Below are positions 38,869-52,249 of a DNA stretch of 64,000 nucleotides, in pieces. The position numbers were made by a program, and so were the translations under genes. This stretch comes from Octopus vulgaris (lineage: Eukaryota), in contig OX597830.1 in NCBI GenBank assembly GCA_951406725.2, positions 16,864,001 through 16,928,000 on the forward strand. The letters are read 5' to 3'. The notes below the pieces were generated by a model, which searched no databases, was not told the origin of the DNA, and saw only the letters and a list, made by a program, of their open reading frames with translations. Each line of letters starts with the position of its first letter. The first letter of the stretch is position 1.

Positions 38869-40740
38869 CTTGTTGTTATTGATGTTGCTCTCCTATTTTC
38901 ACTTCTTTCCTAAGAGTCTTGTATTGTAACTGATTGATCTTTGTATGGTCACTGAAATAGCAGTCAAATCTCCATCAAATTATTCTCTGCTGTTTTCAAA
39001 CAGAAGAGACTACATTTGAATAGGTACAGGCATCGTTTTGTGGTAAGAAGCTTGCTTCCCAACCACATATTTCCATGGTTCTGGGTTCAGTCCCACTGCA
39101 TAATACCTTCTTCTATAACCTCAGGCCAACCAAAGCCTTGTGAGTGGATTTGGCAGACGGAAACTGAAAGAAGCCTGTCGTATATATATGTGTGTGTGTC
39201 TTTGTGTCTGTCTTCCCTTACCATTGCTTGACATCCAGTGTAGGTAAGTTTATATCCCTGTGACTTAGCAGTTCAGCAAAAGAGACCAATAGATTAAGTA
39301 CCAGGCTTTAAAAAACAATCTAAGAAATACTAGGGTTGATTTATATTACTTAAAAAAATTCTTCTAGGTCATGCCCCAGCATGGCCACAGTCTAATAACT
39401 GAAACAAGTAAAAGATAAAAGATAAAAGATACAAAGACCAAGGCATATTATGTCTTTCATAAAATGACAGGATGGTCATGACTGGAATTTCTTTGAACCT
39501 ATGTCTACTCCATCAGCACTGTTAAGCAACCATGTAGTGGTTCCTTCTGGTTTAAGTTTGTATGTAAACCCTTTAGCATTTAAACCAGTCATATCCAGCC
39601 CAAATATCTCACCTGTTTTTGGTTCAAACTAGCTGAAGCCAACCTTTCACACCTACCCTACAATGTCATTCAAAGAATATATAATCATCCTCTCCCCTGG
39701 CACGTAAAAAGCACCCACTACACTCACGGAGTGGTTGGCGTTAGGAAGGGCATCCAGCTGTAGAAACACTGCCAGATCAGACTGGGCCTGGTGCAGCCTC
39801 CTGGCTTCCCAGACCCCGGTCGAACTGTCCAACCCATGCTAGCATGGAAAACGGACGTTAAACAATGATAATGATGATGATGATGACATCGTTGAAACCT
39901 CAGAGCTACAAGATAATGCATAATTAATTCAAAACAATGTGAATAAATAAGCATTACCATCAACAAAGTGATCATCATTGTTTAACATCCACCTTCCATG
40001 CTGGCATGGGTTGGACAGTTTGACAGGAGTTGGCCAGGCAAAAGACTGCCCCAGACTTCTGTGTCTGTTTTGGCACGGTTTTTACGGTTGGGTGCCTTTC
40101 CTAATACCAACCACTCCACAGAATGAACTGAGTGCTTTTTATGTGGCACCAGCAGAGGCGAGGTCAGTTTTGGCATGGTTTTTACAGCTGGATGCCCTTC
40201 CAAATGCCAACCACTTTACAGTGTGGACTGGATGCTTTTTACATGGCACCAGCACTGGTAGGGTAACCATGTATCTTCCAAGAATTTTTGAGTGATCTGA
40301 ATGCTCAAGGGTTAATATGTTTGTGTATGTACTGATGTGTGTTGGTGTGTGTGTGTGTTTATATATGTATAAAGAAGTGTATTTATTAGTCATTTATTGA
40401 TAACACGTCTTTTTAATGTTCCATTTATTACAAAAATATATGTTTTAATATATTAATAAAGGGGTTTTTTTAAGGGCAGAAAGTCCATGTTATACAACTG
40501 TAAATACAATAAATATCCTTCTTTTTCACTTTATACCTCCTCCTCTCCTCACTCTTTTTCTCTCTCCTCTTCCTCTTCTCTTCTTCCTACCAATCCTCCT
40601 CCTCTCTAAATATTCTCTTTGTGAAGTGAAAAACTAAACCTGTTTCCCTCAAATCAATATTTATAATGTCTAATTCCATCTACAACGAATAGTTTTTGAC
40701 AGTGGAAATTTTGTTATTATTGTTATTTTCCTTTTTCTAG

Positions 40741-40853
40741 GCTTACTTTAAAGATTTTATGAGACTTTGCTCTCTCTATAAATTAACTTCCGTCAGACTG
40801 GATCAGAATGATGAGGAAGATGAAGAAGGACCCAGCAATAGTAATAAAAGCAG
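40741..40853 (+). CDS. IGBP1: IGBP1 exon 4
   Basis: TTTTTCTAG acceptor, GTAAGT donor; AYFKDFMRLCSLYKLTSVRLDQNDEEDEEGPSNSNKS(R). Confidence 0.92.
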
Positions 40854-42396
40854 GTAAGTGTTTTGAAATGGCAAACTAGGTATGTTTTGGCTGATACTAA
40901 GGTAGGTACCACCCCATATCTGACCATTGGTTACCCTCCTCTGACATTCATACAAAATTACCACCTCTCCTCCCCACCTCAGTCCACTGCCTGTATTCTC
41001 TCTTGTACTTTCCTTCTTGTACTTTTGAGATGCTCTGACATTCCATCTCCATCTTTAGCTTCTTTCCAGCTATTTCCACCGCTAGTAGCGCAAGAAAAGC
41101 ACCCAGTACGGTCTGTAAAGTTTAATGACTTGTATGTACATGGTATTTCCATTTGAGCATGGCCGTTGCCAGTACTGCCTGACTGGCCTGTGTGCCGGTG
41201 GCATGTAAAAGCACCCATTACACTCTCGGAGTGGTTGGCGTCAGGAAGGGCATCCAGCTGTAGAAACTCTGCCAGATCAAGATTGAAGCCTGGTGCAGCC
41301 ATCTGGTTCGCCAGTCCTAAGTCAAATCGTCCAACCCATGCTAGCATGGAAAGCAGACGTTAAATGATGATGATGAGAGTAACCATGTATTTCGTCTTGT
41401 ACTTGTCCCTCGATGTTACTTTAACCTCCCAATACTTGTCACAAGGCCACCTTCTTTTCTCTCAAATACATCCTTTCACACTCAATCAAGAAGGTTTTTT
41501 TCCTTCTCTTTTCTCGCAAGTTATTTGGCAGACTCTCTGTGTTAGTGGCAGGAAAAAATTCACCAGCACCATCCACCTTGGTTGCTTTTCCATGTTGACA
41601 TCATGAGACAAACTGATGTTAAAATGTACTTGTTTCTATCTAACGAGTGATGCATTCCATGACCATGTGGGAAACTGAACCAACTACATCATATGGAAAC
41701 CATTTTTAGCCATTCAAAAACGGAAAAGCTGTTAAAATTATATTTTAATTTATTTCTCAAAATGTCAAGAATTTCATTGCATCACTGCAACCTGTTTCAT
41801 ATTACAGTGTCATCTACTGTGGAATTGTGTCAGTGTCCTGGTTGCAGTAATGCATCGGAATTTTTGACACCTTGGGAAATAAATGAAAATTTAATTTAAC
41901 AGTTTTTGTATGTTTTTTTTAAATGGCTAAAATATCTTTTGCTTGATGTAATATCTACCATTGTTTTTGTATATTGACTTCTGAGACTTGTCATTATCAC
42001 CATAATTTCAACATCCTTTGTCCATGCTGGCATGGACGAGACAGTATGGCCTGATCCAATGATCCACAGAGCTGTGCCATGGCTTCTACAGCTGGATGCC
42101 CTTCCCAATGCCAACCACTTTACAGTGTGTACTAGGCACTTTTTTTATGGCACCAGCACTAGTGAGGTTGGCGAATAACTTGCAAAGAAAAGAAAGAGAA
42201 AAAGCCCCAAGAGGAAGTGGTGGCTTAAGACCATGTGTTGAAGGCTAATGAGGTATAAGTATGATAAAGGGATAAGCACAGGTGTCTTACTATAGAGAAG
42301 ACACATGACAACCCAACATTGTGTGGTAGCTAGAAGGAAGATAAGTAATAATATTAATAAAATAATATTTAATATTGTTTGTCTGTTGCCATACAG

Positions 42397-42532
42397 AGAA
42401 TCAAGTTTACAAGAAATGGCAAACCAAAGACAAAGTAAAATTGAAAGATATAAAGAACAAAAAAGAATAATAGCTGAATTAAAGGAACTTCGAACTCATG
42501 TGGAAAAGAGTCATGTTGAAGAAGAGGTTGAG
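42397..42532 (+). CDS. IGBP1: IGBP1 exon 5
   Basis: ATACAG acceptor, GTAAGT donor; ESSLQEMANQRQSKIERYKEQKRIIAELKELRTHVEKSHVEEEVE contains the PP2Ac-binding RxxKIxRY motif. Confidence 0.95.
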
Positions 42533-43227
42533 GTAAGTCTTCAAAATCATTAATTTATTGTTGACATGATGTACTAATTTAGTGTTGTTGTTGTTGTTGC
42601 TGTTCAGTTGTTGGTCAGCTTCAATTGAGAAAAACCAATGATTAAAGGCATTTCTGCTGTGACCATCGAGTCTTTATTAAAGGCATGTAAGAATGTATTA
42701 TCTAATTTATCGTTATGGAATGACCTAGTCACTATAAGTAAAGAGAAGTACGTGAAGTACTGGAGTAGGCGGTCAGAGATAGTCATGGCTTTACTGGTTT
42801 TACTAAGTATACTGTATACCGAAGTGGGTGTTATATCAATCCAACATTTTAAGGATTATAACAATATAACTGTTTAGTCCTTGGTGAGCGTTGATCAAAC
42901 AGTCATATGGTGAGACAACTAGGTACAACCCATAGATCTGCTGTTTCAGATATACCTTAGCTGTGTCTAACTGAGGGCTACACTTCACTTTCCAACTTGC
43001 AGTGATGAACGATGTGGGTTGCAGGTGACAGTTTGGACATGATGTATTCTCTTCCCTTCACATTCTCATCACATTATGTCTTTACACCTGTAGATTTTGC
43101 TAGTGGCCATAGTAAAGACAGGTAAAGTAAACATGGTTCAAGTATGACCATTGCTGTTCCTCTACTCTTATGGTATTCCTAAAATAGGCACTTGGCCACA
43201 ATATGTTGGGAGAGGGTTAGTCAGTTG

Positions 43228-43421
43228 ACCCTTAAGCATTTATGCCAGCCATATCCAGCCAAAATATTTAAACTGGCCAGATCTGGCCTATCGCACCTAC
43301 CTTATAATGTCATTCTAAAAGTATACAGTTGTATCATCAAAATCTCAAAGCTACAAGATAATTCAAAGCAATGTGGATAAATAAGCATTACGTTTGACAA
43401 AGTAATATGAATGCTAAAGGG
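43228..43421. mobile_element. piggyBac-like MITE (CCCTTTAGCATT termini)
   Basis: Degenerate CCCTT(T)AGCATT ... AATGCTAAAGGG termini; related copies at ~24630-24845, 39567-39680 and 44022-44105; TTAA-like flanks only partly preserved. Confidence 0.55.
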
Positions 43422-44788
43422 TTGGATTAACCCAGTACGCAGCTGGTATTTTATTTTATCAACTTCAGAAGGATTCTAGGCAAAGTTTATAAAATAAAGT
43501 AGCAGGATTTGAACAGGATTTTGTCCAACACTCTACTCTTTTACTTGTTTCAGTCATGTGACTGTGGCCATGCTGGAGCACCACCTTTAGTCGAGAAAAT
43601 CAACACCAGGAATTATTCTTTGTAATCCTAGTACTTATTCTATCGGTGTCTTTTGTCGAACTGCTAAGTTACAGGAACGTAAACACACCAGCATCGGTTG
43701 TCAAGCTATGTTGATGGGGACAAACACGGACACACAAACACACACATATATATATACATATATACGATGGGCTTCTTTCAGTTTCTGTCTACCAAATCCA
43801 CTCACAAGGCTTTGGTCGGCCTGAGGCTATAGTCGAAGACACTTGCCCAAGGTGCCACACAGTGGGAATGAACCCGGAACCATGTGGTTGGTAAGCAAGC
43901 TACTTACCACACAGCCACCTAATGATTTTTTTGTCTTTGTGAATCTACTGTGCTTCAATTTACATTTATGGTATACCAATTGGTGTTCCTTGATAGATCT
44001 GAGCCACAGAATTAAGACTTAATCCTTTAGCATTTAAACCAGCCATAGCCAGCTCAAATATCCTACCTGTTTTATGTTCAAACTGGCCAGATCTGACCTC
44101 TCACACAAATTGTAAATTTTAAGTGGGTATTTTAAATTGGATTCATTGTGATTTAATTACTTTTACAACCAATGGAAAGCTGTGTTAATGAACATCATTA
44201 AATTTACTGACGGTTTATTGATGTCAAAATATTTTTAGTGTATAGTTGCTGTTTAGCTCCAAATCAGTACTTATAAAGCAGACCTATGGTCAAGGGCATT
44301 CTGATTATGGCCATTCTTCATTTTATATATCTGGGTTTACATTTTCCATTGGGTCCTTCTCATCCGAATGTGGCCGTAGCCAGTACCGCATCGACTGGCC
44401 TCCATGCTGTGGGCACGTAACAAACACCATCCGATCGTGGCCGTCTACCAGCCTCGTCTGGCACCTGTGTCGGTGACACATAAAAAACACCATCCGAGCG
44501 TGGCCATTCGCCAGCCTCATCTGGCACCTGTGTCGGTGGCATGTAAAAGCACCCGCTACACTCTCGGAGTGGTTGGCGTTAGGAAGGGCATCCAGCTGTA
44601 GAAACACTGCCAGATCTGACTGGCCTGGTGCAGCCTCCTGATTTCCCAGACCCCGGTCGAACCGTCCAACCCATGCTAGCACGGAAAACGGACGTTAAAC
44701 GATGATGATGATGATGATGATGATTTAAATGTAATTTTTTGTAAATATTTCTTGGTGTTTGATTTGTTTGTTTTTTGTTTCTCCGTAG

Positions 44789-44858
44789 AGAAAGTATTAC
44801 ATGTTGCTGCTCAAACACTGGATCAACACAGTTATTGATGAATATGAAAATATAAAAT
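44789..44858 (+). CDS. IGBP1: IGBP1 exon 6
   Basis: CTCCGTAG acceptor, GTAAGT donor; RKYYMLLLKHWINTVIDEYENIK, ends in phase 1. Confidence 0.93.
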
Positions 44859-45269
44859 GTAAGTAGAAATAGCATTGGAGTTTGGAGTCTGGTGGTCTCT
44901 TCAGGTTCTGCTCTCTTGTTCTTATGTGAGTTGACCTGCCTCTATGCTTATTTTGCATTTTGTTATTGTTGGATATACGTTGCAGTAGAACGAATGAATG
45001 AGATTTGGTGCAGAGGTTCACGACCGGGGTTCGTATATAAATTTTGGTTGTTAAAAATTAGGTGCAGTAAATTAGCTGATACTTCTACAATATGTTAGGA
45101 AGCGCATCCAGCCGTTTAAGCCAAGCCGAATCAGACTGGAATCTGGTGCAGATCTTTCTGTTTGCCAGCTCTGGTGAAACCGTCCAACCCATGCCAGCAT
45201 GGAAAACGGATTTTAGTAATATTAGTAGTAGTTGTAGCAGGAGTGGTGGGGACAGCAGTGGCCATGGTG

Positions 45270-45487
45270 GAGAAGGAGGAGGAGGAGAAGAAGAAGGATG
45301 AGGAAAGAGGAGAAGGAGAAGAAGAAAGAGGAGGAGAAAAAGTAGAAGGAGGTGGAGGAGAAGAAGAAGATGGAGGAGGAGAAGAAGAGAAGAAGAAGAC
45401 AGAGGAGGAGGAGGAGGAGAAGAAGAAGAAGACGACGAAGGAGGAAGAGAAGAAGAAGAAGAAGAAGAAGACGACAACAACGACAGA
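45270..45487. repeat. Purine-rich (GAA/GGA)n tract in IGBP1 intron 6
   Basis: Read directly. Confidence 0.92.
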
Positions 45488-47631
45488 AAATATTTCAGCA
45501 ATTTCTTTTTATACAAATCAGAAGGATATTTAATTATAAAAATATAATAGGATTTTTTAAACACCAAATGGCTAAAAGGGTCCATCCAAGTAAGATTGGA
45601 ATCAAGGGAGTCCAGAAGTAAAAAAAAATGGTTGAGAACCACTCATTTAGAGTGACAGGCAAGCAGATAGATACTTAGATAACGTAGTAGAAATTGTTAA
45701 GATTTAAACTCTTGGCTTAGAAGCTGTACTGTAAAGGGTTTTGTATCTCATTCAGTAATTCCAAAAGTGATTTTGTTTATCATTCTTTTCAGAAACTATC
45801 CATCCATGTTTTGTGCCTGCTTTTCTTGGGAGCATCATTGGGGTAGAGTCCTCAGGTACCTCCTTCCTAGGGTTTTATCAGAAGTGGCTTCATTACACTC
45901 TTCAGCTGGATTTTCAAGTGTGACCAGCTGAAATTATGGATATTGTTATCCGATCATCTTGTTCCTGGTCTGCCCCAAGGGTCTCCTGTTATTTAACTCA
46001 GCTTCAGGTGTCTGTCTTGAAGTTGCCTTAAATGCAACCCTACAGCTCATAAGGCTGGAGATTATGAGGGTCTTCAAGCTGTTTAGGTGAATGAAAATGC
46101 TTATCCCATTCAGGAGAAATCTAATACTCTACTGAATTAATCCCCAGCAGCAGTTGTTGCTTTGTTTGTTGAGCGAAGTGGTTTTCGTCCCAGGGTGGGA
46201 GAAATCCGATACGTGGTCCTTTGCTATTCGTAAGACTCGCAGAAGAGAAAGCAGGTCAACCCCCGACACCGAGAGCATCGACGGATGGCTGAATGCACAT
46301 CCAGGCTCAGCGGTTGCGTAGGAAGTCAGGGACAAGAAACAGGAAGAAAGAGTGAGAGAAAGTTGGTGAGAAAGAGTACAACAGGGGTCACCACCCCCAC
46401 CCCCTGCTGGAGCTTCGTGGAGCTTTAGGTGTTTTTCGCTCAATAAACACACACAATGCTCGGTCTGAGAATCGAAACCGAGATCCTCTGACTGCGAGTC
46501 CGCTGCTCTAACCACTGGGCCATTGCACCTCCACTGCTGCTGTTGCTCATTTTTAGCCGATCAGACTGGATTAACATGAAGGGAAGTATCTTGCTCAAGG
46601 TTACATTGCACTGCTTTGGTCTGAGGAATGAATTCACAATCAACTGACTGTGAGCTCAACATACCTAGCCACATCTTTCATCACTACTTGACAACCGGTA
46701 ATGGTTTGTTTACATCCTCATAAATTAACCTCACATGAACCAACCTTTTACTTGTTTCAGTCGTTGTACCATGGTCATGCTGGGGCACCAACTTAAAGGG
46801 TTTAGTCAAATAAATCAGCCCAGCACTTATATATTTTTTTTAAGTATTGTACTTATTCTATCAGTCTCTTTGGCTAAATTATGAGGATGTAAACAAACCA
46901 ATGAAGGCACCTCGGTCATGACCATTCCGTTTTTATAGTGGTATCTAGGACTACATTATGTGCCCTTTACCTTTTCCTGTCTTGCAGTTTTTCCCTATGA
47001 TATTCAAATAATATAGCCATTGGCGTTAGGAAGGACATCCAGATGTAGAACCTCTGCCAGGTCAAGATTGAAGCCTGGTACAGCCATCTGGTTCGCCAGC
47101 CCTCAGTCATTCATCCAACCCATGCTAGCATGGAAAGCAGACGTTAAACGATGATAATTGGTGTTCGGAAGGGCATCCAGCTGTAAAAACTGTGCCAAAA
47201 CAGACACAGAAGTCTGGTGCAGGCTCTGGCCTGGCCAACTCCTGTCAAATTATCCAACCTATGCCAGCATGGAAGGCTGACGTTAAACAACAGTGATGAT
47301 GATGATGATGATGATGATACTGAAGCTGTGACCTTTCAATGCAGAGAAGTAACAACTTGACCTGGAGAGACTCCCTAATCTCTAAGCTATACACACTCTC
47401 TCGAGTAGGCTAAGGATCCTTCATTACTGTTTTTTTTTAAATATACTGAAGCTTAATTAGTTCACTAAACTCCATGTTGATCAGGTACCTCAGAAAAAAA
47501 AATCAATAATTTCTATAGATTCTTTTTTTTTTTTACTGTTGAAAATCTATTTTTTAAACTTTATCTTTTTTTTTTTAATATATTTTATATTTTTGTATAT
47601 TCATATATTCTATATATTTTTTTTTATCTAG

Positions 47632-47711
47632 TTGAACTTCAAATCTTGGAACAAAGACCTAACATGGCACATTGTCATCAGCGCCAGCCAAAAGAACCCT
47701 CTCAGAAAAAG
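47632..47711 (+). CDS. IGBP1: IGBP1 exon 7
   Basis: TTTATCTAG acceptor, GTGAGA donor; (F)ELQILEQRPNMAHCHQRQPKEPSQKK; phase consistent. Confidence 0.88.
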
Positions 47712-47965
47712 GTGAGATTAGCTACATTTTAATTTTTTTTTAGATCTTTTACCTTTTACTTGTTTCACTCATTGCACTGTGGCCATGCTGGGGCACCAAC
47801 TTAAAGGGTTTAGTCAACCGAATCAGCCCAGCACTTACTTATTATTTTAAGTATTGTACTTATTCTATCAGTCTCTTTGCCTAAATTATGAGGATGTAAA
47901 CAAACTAACACCAGCACGGAAAAGTGAATGTTAAAATGATGATGAACATTCTTAAATTAGGGAAT

Positions 47966-48343
47966 ACTTACTTGTACTTGTGGCAACATTCACCCTGGGC
48001 AGGTTGAGTCTGCTTCTTCTACTCATGGAAGAAGTTTCGTGGGATTATGTGGATTTCACAAGCGGTCCCCAACAATCCTGCATGTGGAGACATCCTGTTT
48101 GCCGCAGATTGTCCGCAGACGCAGGGACAGAACGACTGAGGAGCCACTGGTTGCCAAAGCAGACACTCCGAGGATTTTCACCAGAGCCCCGTCTGCCAGG
48201 TTGTGGCCCTAATACCACTCGGTGTCAGACCAATACGCCTTGGGTGGCCCTACCAGGAACCAAAGTTCCCGACGGCATAGCTCTGACACTACCCGTTGCC
48301 AGCGTCCCCACCACGGTGAGGAGGGGATGGACTTTGGGGACGC
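47966..48343 (-). mobile_element. Short non-autonomous bipartite RTE derivative (5' UTR fused to 3' end)
   Basis: 12-bp TSD AAATTAGGGAAT (47954-47965 and 48344-48355); GAGCTATGCCG...GGGCCACCCAAG resembles an RTE/BovB 5' UTR; the 3' end resembles the RTE end at 61700-61740; CAAGTA-type tail. Confidence 0.65.
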
Positions 48344-48569
48344 AAATTAGGGAATGGAACATTGGAAAATGTTATCCCATGTATACAAACAGACAAGGTA
48401 ATGTATGTTATTTCATCCACTTGTATATTTGTTCCTAATTTTGTAGGTTTGTGGGTGCTGGTGCTACGTAAAAAAGCACCTGTATCAGTGTTGTGTAAAA
48501 GCACCCAGTACACTTTGTTAAGTGATTGGCATTAGGAAGGGCGTCCAGCTGTAGAAACCAAGCCAAAAC

Positions 48570-48980
48570 GGATCTTTTCGGTTTGACCAGCAGTTTTTTA
48601 AAATAATTTCCACGTAACTAAACACTTTTAAACTTCCTATACTGGTAGAATGTGTTTATAAAACATCTTTTTCTCTTGGCTTTATTGAGAAAATTCTATA
48701 ATTTGTAAGATATTTGGTCTTTAATTTCTTCAATATCTGCGATTTCAACCAATCACTGACGTCTATTGAGGTAAAAACATTCTGTGCCGTATGAATATGT
48801 CCCTCGTTTAAGAAACAGATTGGGTTTATTTACATTTGTGAAGAAAAAAAGATACCCTTTCCCCCACCCCTAACCCTAAAACAGATTGAAATGCAATAGA
48901 TTGATACTAGGGTCATAATTATGGGTGACAATTTCATATGACACCGCTAGAGAAAACTGCCGTTCAAACCGAAAAGATCT
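48570..48980 (-). mobile_element. Same MITE family, inverted, inserted in an RTE tail
   Basis: TIRs present; 8-bp TSD GCCAAAAC at 48562-48569 and 48981-48988. Confidence 0.88.
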
Positions 48981-49259
48981 GCCAAAACAAACATGAAACC
49001 TGAGCAGCTATTCAGCTGACCAGCTCCTGTCAAACTGTCCAACCCATGCCAGCATGGAAAATGGACGTTGAATGATGATGATGCATGGGCATCAACTGCA
49101 TCACTGTCCCCAGTCTCTGGCCATTGGAGCAATCCCCTCCACTTGACTAACCCATAAAATTTCTGTTTATTTTAAATATGGTTTGTGTCAGTAGGTTACA
49201 ATATTTTGTGTTTTTATTTCTCTACAATGACATGTACAATTTGATGCTATAAAATGTTT

Positions 49260-49659
49260 GGATCTTTTCAGTTTGAACGGCAGTTTTTTCTAGCGGTGTC
49301 ATATGAAATTGTCACCCATAATTATGACCCTAGTATCAATCTGTTTTAGGGTTAGGGGTGGGGAAGGGTATCTTTTTTTCTTCAGAAATGTAAATAAACC
49401 CAATCTGTTTCTTAAACGAGGGACATATTCATACGGCACAGAATGGGTTTTTTTTTACCTCAACAGACGTCATTGATTGGTTGAAATTGCAGAAATTGAA
49501 GAAAAAAAACAACAAATATCTTACAAACTATAGACTTTTCTCAATAAAGCCAAGAGAAAAAGATGTTTTATAAACACATTCTACCAGTATATGAAGTTTA
49601 AAAGTGTTTAGTTACATGGAAATTATTTTTAAAAACTGCCGTTCAAACCGAAAAGATCC
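49260..49659 (+). mobile_element. Same MITE family
   Basis: TIRs present; flanks AAATGTTT and AAACATTT are explained as a CpG-decayed AAACGTTT TSD. Confidence 0.86.
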
Positions 49660-49785
49660 AAACATTTTGCTTGAATCTCTTTTATTTTTTTTTAATATTA
49701 ATCATTACTAAAAGTTCGCAAAAAAGGCAGTACAGCTTATGTGATTGGTGTTTTAATATATTTTACTCTATATCTTCAATTACAG

Positions 49786-49922
49786 TCATTCCGGCCCTTC
49801 ATTATAACAAAAGACCAACTCCAAAAGAAGGTTCTAGGGGCTGGTTATCCTAGTTTGCCTACATTAACCATTGAAGAATTCTATGATCAAAAAATAAAGG
49901 AAGGAACATTACAAATACCAAC
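49786..49922 (+). CDS. IGBP1: IGBP1 exon 8
   Basis: TTACAG acceptor, GTAAGT donor; SFRPFIITKDQLQKKVLGAGYPSLPTLTIEEFYDQKIKEGTLQIP(T), with the hallmark PF...KVxGAGYPSLPTxT motif. Confidence 0.96.
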
Positions 49923-52249
49923 GTAAGTATATATATATTTTTTTTTTAATGCAAGATGCTGTGTGTAAAGAGATTTACTTCCAAAATGTATTTAGTAGGC
50001 ATCGCTGTGTAGTAAGTAGTTTGCCTCCCAACCACATGGTTCCAGGTTCAGTTCCACTGTGTGGCACTATGGGCAAGTGCCTTCTACTATAGCCCCAGGT
50101 TGGTCAAAGCCTTGTGAGTGGGTCTGGTACATGGAAGCTGAAAGAAGCCTGCTGTGTGTATGTGTGTGTGTGTGTGTGTGTGTGTTGTGCACGTTACTGT
50201 CTTGTTCTTTAACATTACATGATTGTTGTAAATGAGTGTCACTGTCATACAAGTGGTGTCATTCACTTCCAATATTCTGCAAAAACATGTCTGGTTACGG
50301 AGAAATATTACCTTACTTGGAAACTGGTAAGAGTGGGTAAGAGGAAAATCCACCTCAACAAATTCCATCTGACCCATGCAAGCATGAAAAAGTGGATGTT
50401 AAAATGATGATGTTGATAACAATCATCACCATCATTGTTTAACGTCCTCTTTCCATGCTAGCATGGGTTGGACAATTTGACAGGAACTGGCCAGACAGAA
50501 GACTGCATCATACTTCTGTGTCTGTTTTAGTATGGTTATTACAGCTGGATGCCCTTCTTAACACCAACCACCCTGCAGAGTGGGCTGAGTGCTTTTTACA
50601 TGGGCCCCTAGCACTGGCAAAGTCAGTTTTAGCATGGCTTTTACATCTGAATTCCCTTCAAAGTGGCACCAGCACTTTTTTACTCTTTTACTTGTTTCAG
50701 TCATTTGACTGCGGCCATGCTGGAGCACTGCCTTTAGTCGAGCAAATTGACCCCAGGACTTATATTTGTAAGCCTAGTACTTAGTTTCTATGGCTGGATG
50801 CCCTTCTTAATGCCAACAACTCCCCAGAGTGTACTGGGTGCTTTTTATGTACCACCAGCACAGGTGCTTTTCACATGTTTTTAAAATCTGCCTCAAGTAA
50901 TGTAACCTATGCAAGCAGGTCATAAAAGTGGACATTAAATGATGATGATGATGGTGCTAAAATAAATCATTTAGATATTATGGGATAATTAATTGAGTTA
51001 TAGAAAAGAATACAGAGACAAAAATGAATGACTAAATGTTTGTGTTTTTTCATTCAATAAAATTATAAAATTTTCAGACTATTAACTTTATTTTAGAACT
51101 GAAACATTTTCTATATTTACATCCAACCAAATTCCAACTGTCTTATTCCTGGAAATAAGACAGCCAATTGGTGGAAGCATTAGAGTGTTGGATAAATCAC
51201 TTTGCAGTGATCATTCTGGCTCTCTAAACTCTGAGTTCAACTCTCACCAGGATCAGCTTTGCCTTTTATTTTTTTTTTTTTTTTTGGAAGGTGGGTAAGT
51301 AAAGCCTCATTTCTGTCCTAGGGTCAATTATTCTCTTTCTGTCCTTTCTTCTTTCTGTATCTCTTCCTGGAAGAAATTGGCTATGGTAGGACCTGGAGAA
51401 GATGGGTTCTGTGAGTTCTAAAAATCACCATGATGTGCCACATGTGAGGATAACACCCCCTACAACTCTTATCAAGAAGTTGAGACCCCTGGGTCAAAAA
51501 AAGGAAGTCGTTCCTAAATGTGTGTATAGTAGGAGACATCTGGATTTCAACAAAGTATATTAATGTTGTTATCCATTAGGGTCACTGATACATAACTGGA
51601 GATGAAATCAATTGAAAGATATTGGTAAAATATCCAAAAGGTTCTTCATGTTCAGGCTGTAGATTTAGATAATCATACTGGTTCCACGTAACAAACACTC
51701 AGTACACTCTGTAAATAGGTTGGCATCAAGCTGTAGAAATCATGTCAAAACAGACAATTGGAGCCTGGTGCAGCTCTCCAGCTGGCCACCTCTTCTCAAA
51801 CCATCTAACCCATGCCAGCCTGGAAAATGGGCATTAAATGATGATGATGATGGCCAGATTCCAATGAAGGAGCACAAAGATAAAGAGTGAAAGAAAGAGA
51901 GAGAATCTAGTTTCTTACATAAAGGTCAGCCTCCGCTTAAACAGAGGAGTTCTTTTAGATTAACAAACAAAGGCGTAGGAGTGGCTGTGTGGTAAGTAGC
52001 TTTCTTACGAACCACTTGGTTCCGAGTTCACTCCTACTGCGTGGCACCTTGTGCAAGTGTCTTTTCGCCCTGCGTGCTAACGTTTCTGCCAACTCACCGC
52101 CTTTATAATTTCTGGCTATAATTTCTATGGGAAATCTGTAGAAGTAACCTTAACAAGTGAACTAACAGAATGCACAGTAATAAAATTGTGTGAGAATGAG
52201 AGAAGAAGAAGATTTGTGTTTCTGTTAGAAATCAATGTATAATAACAAA

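Noticed and set aside
45085-45642. Long low-complexity ORFs (poly-E/K/R/S)
   Set aside because: They arise from an intronic (GAA/GGA)n tract, and the IGBP1 frame is complete without them.
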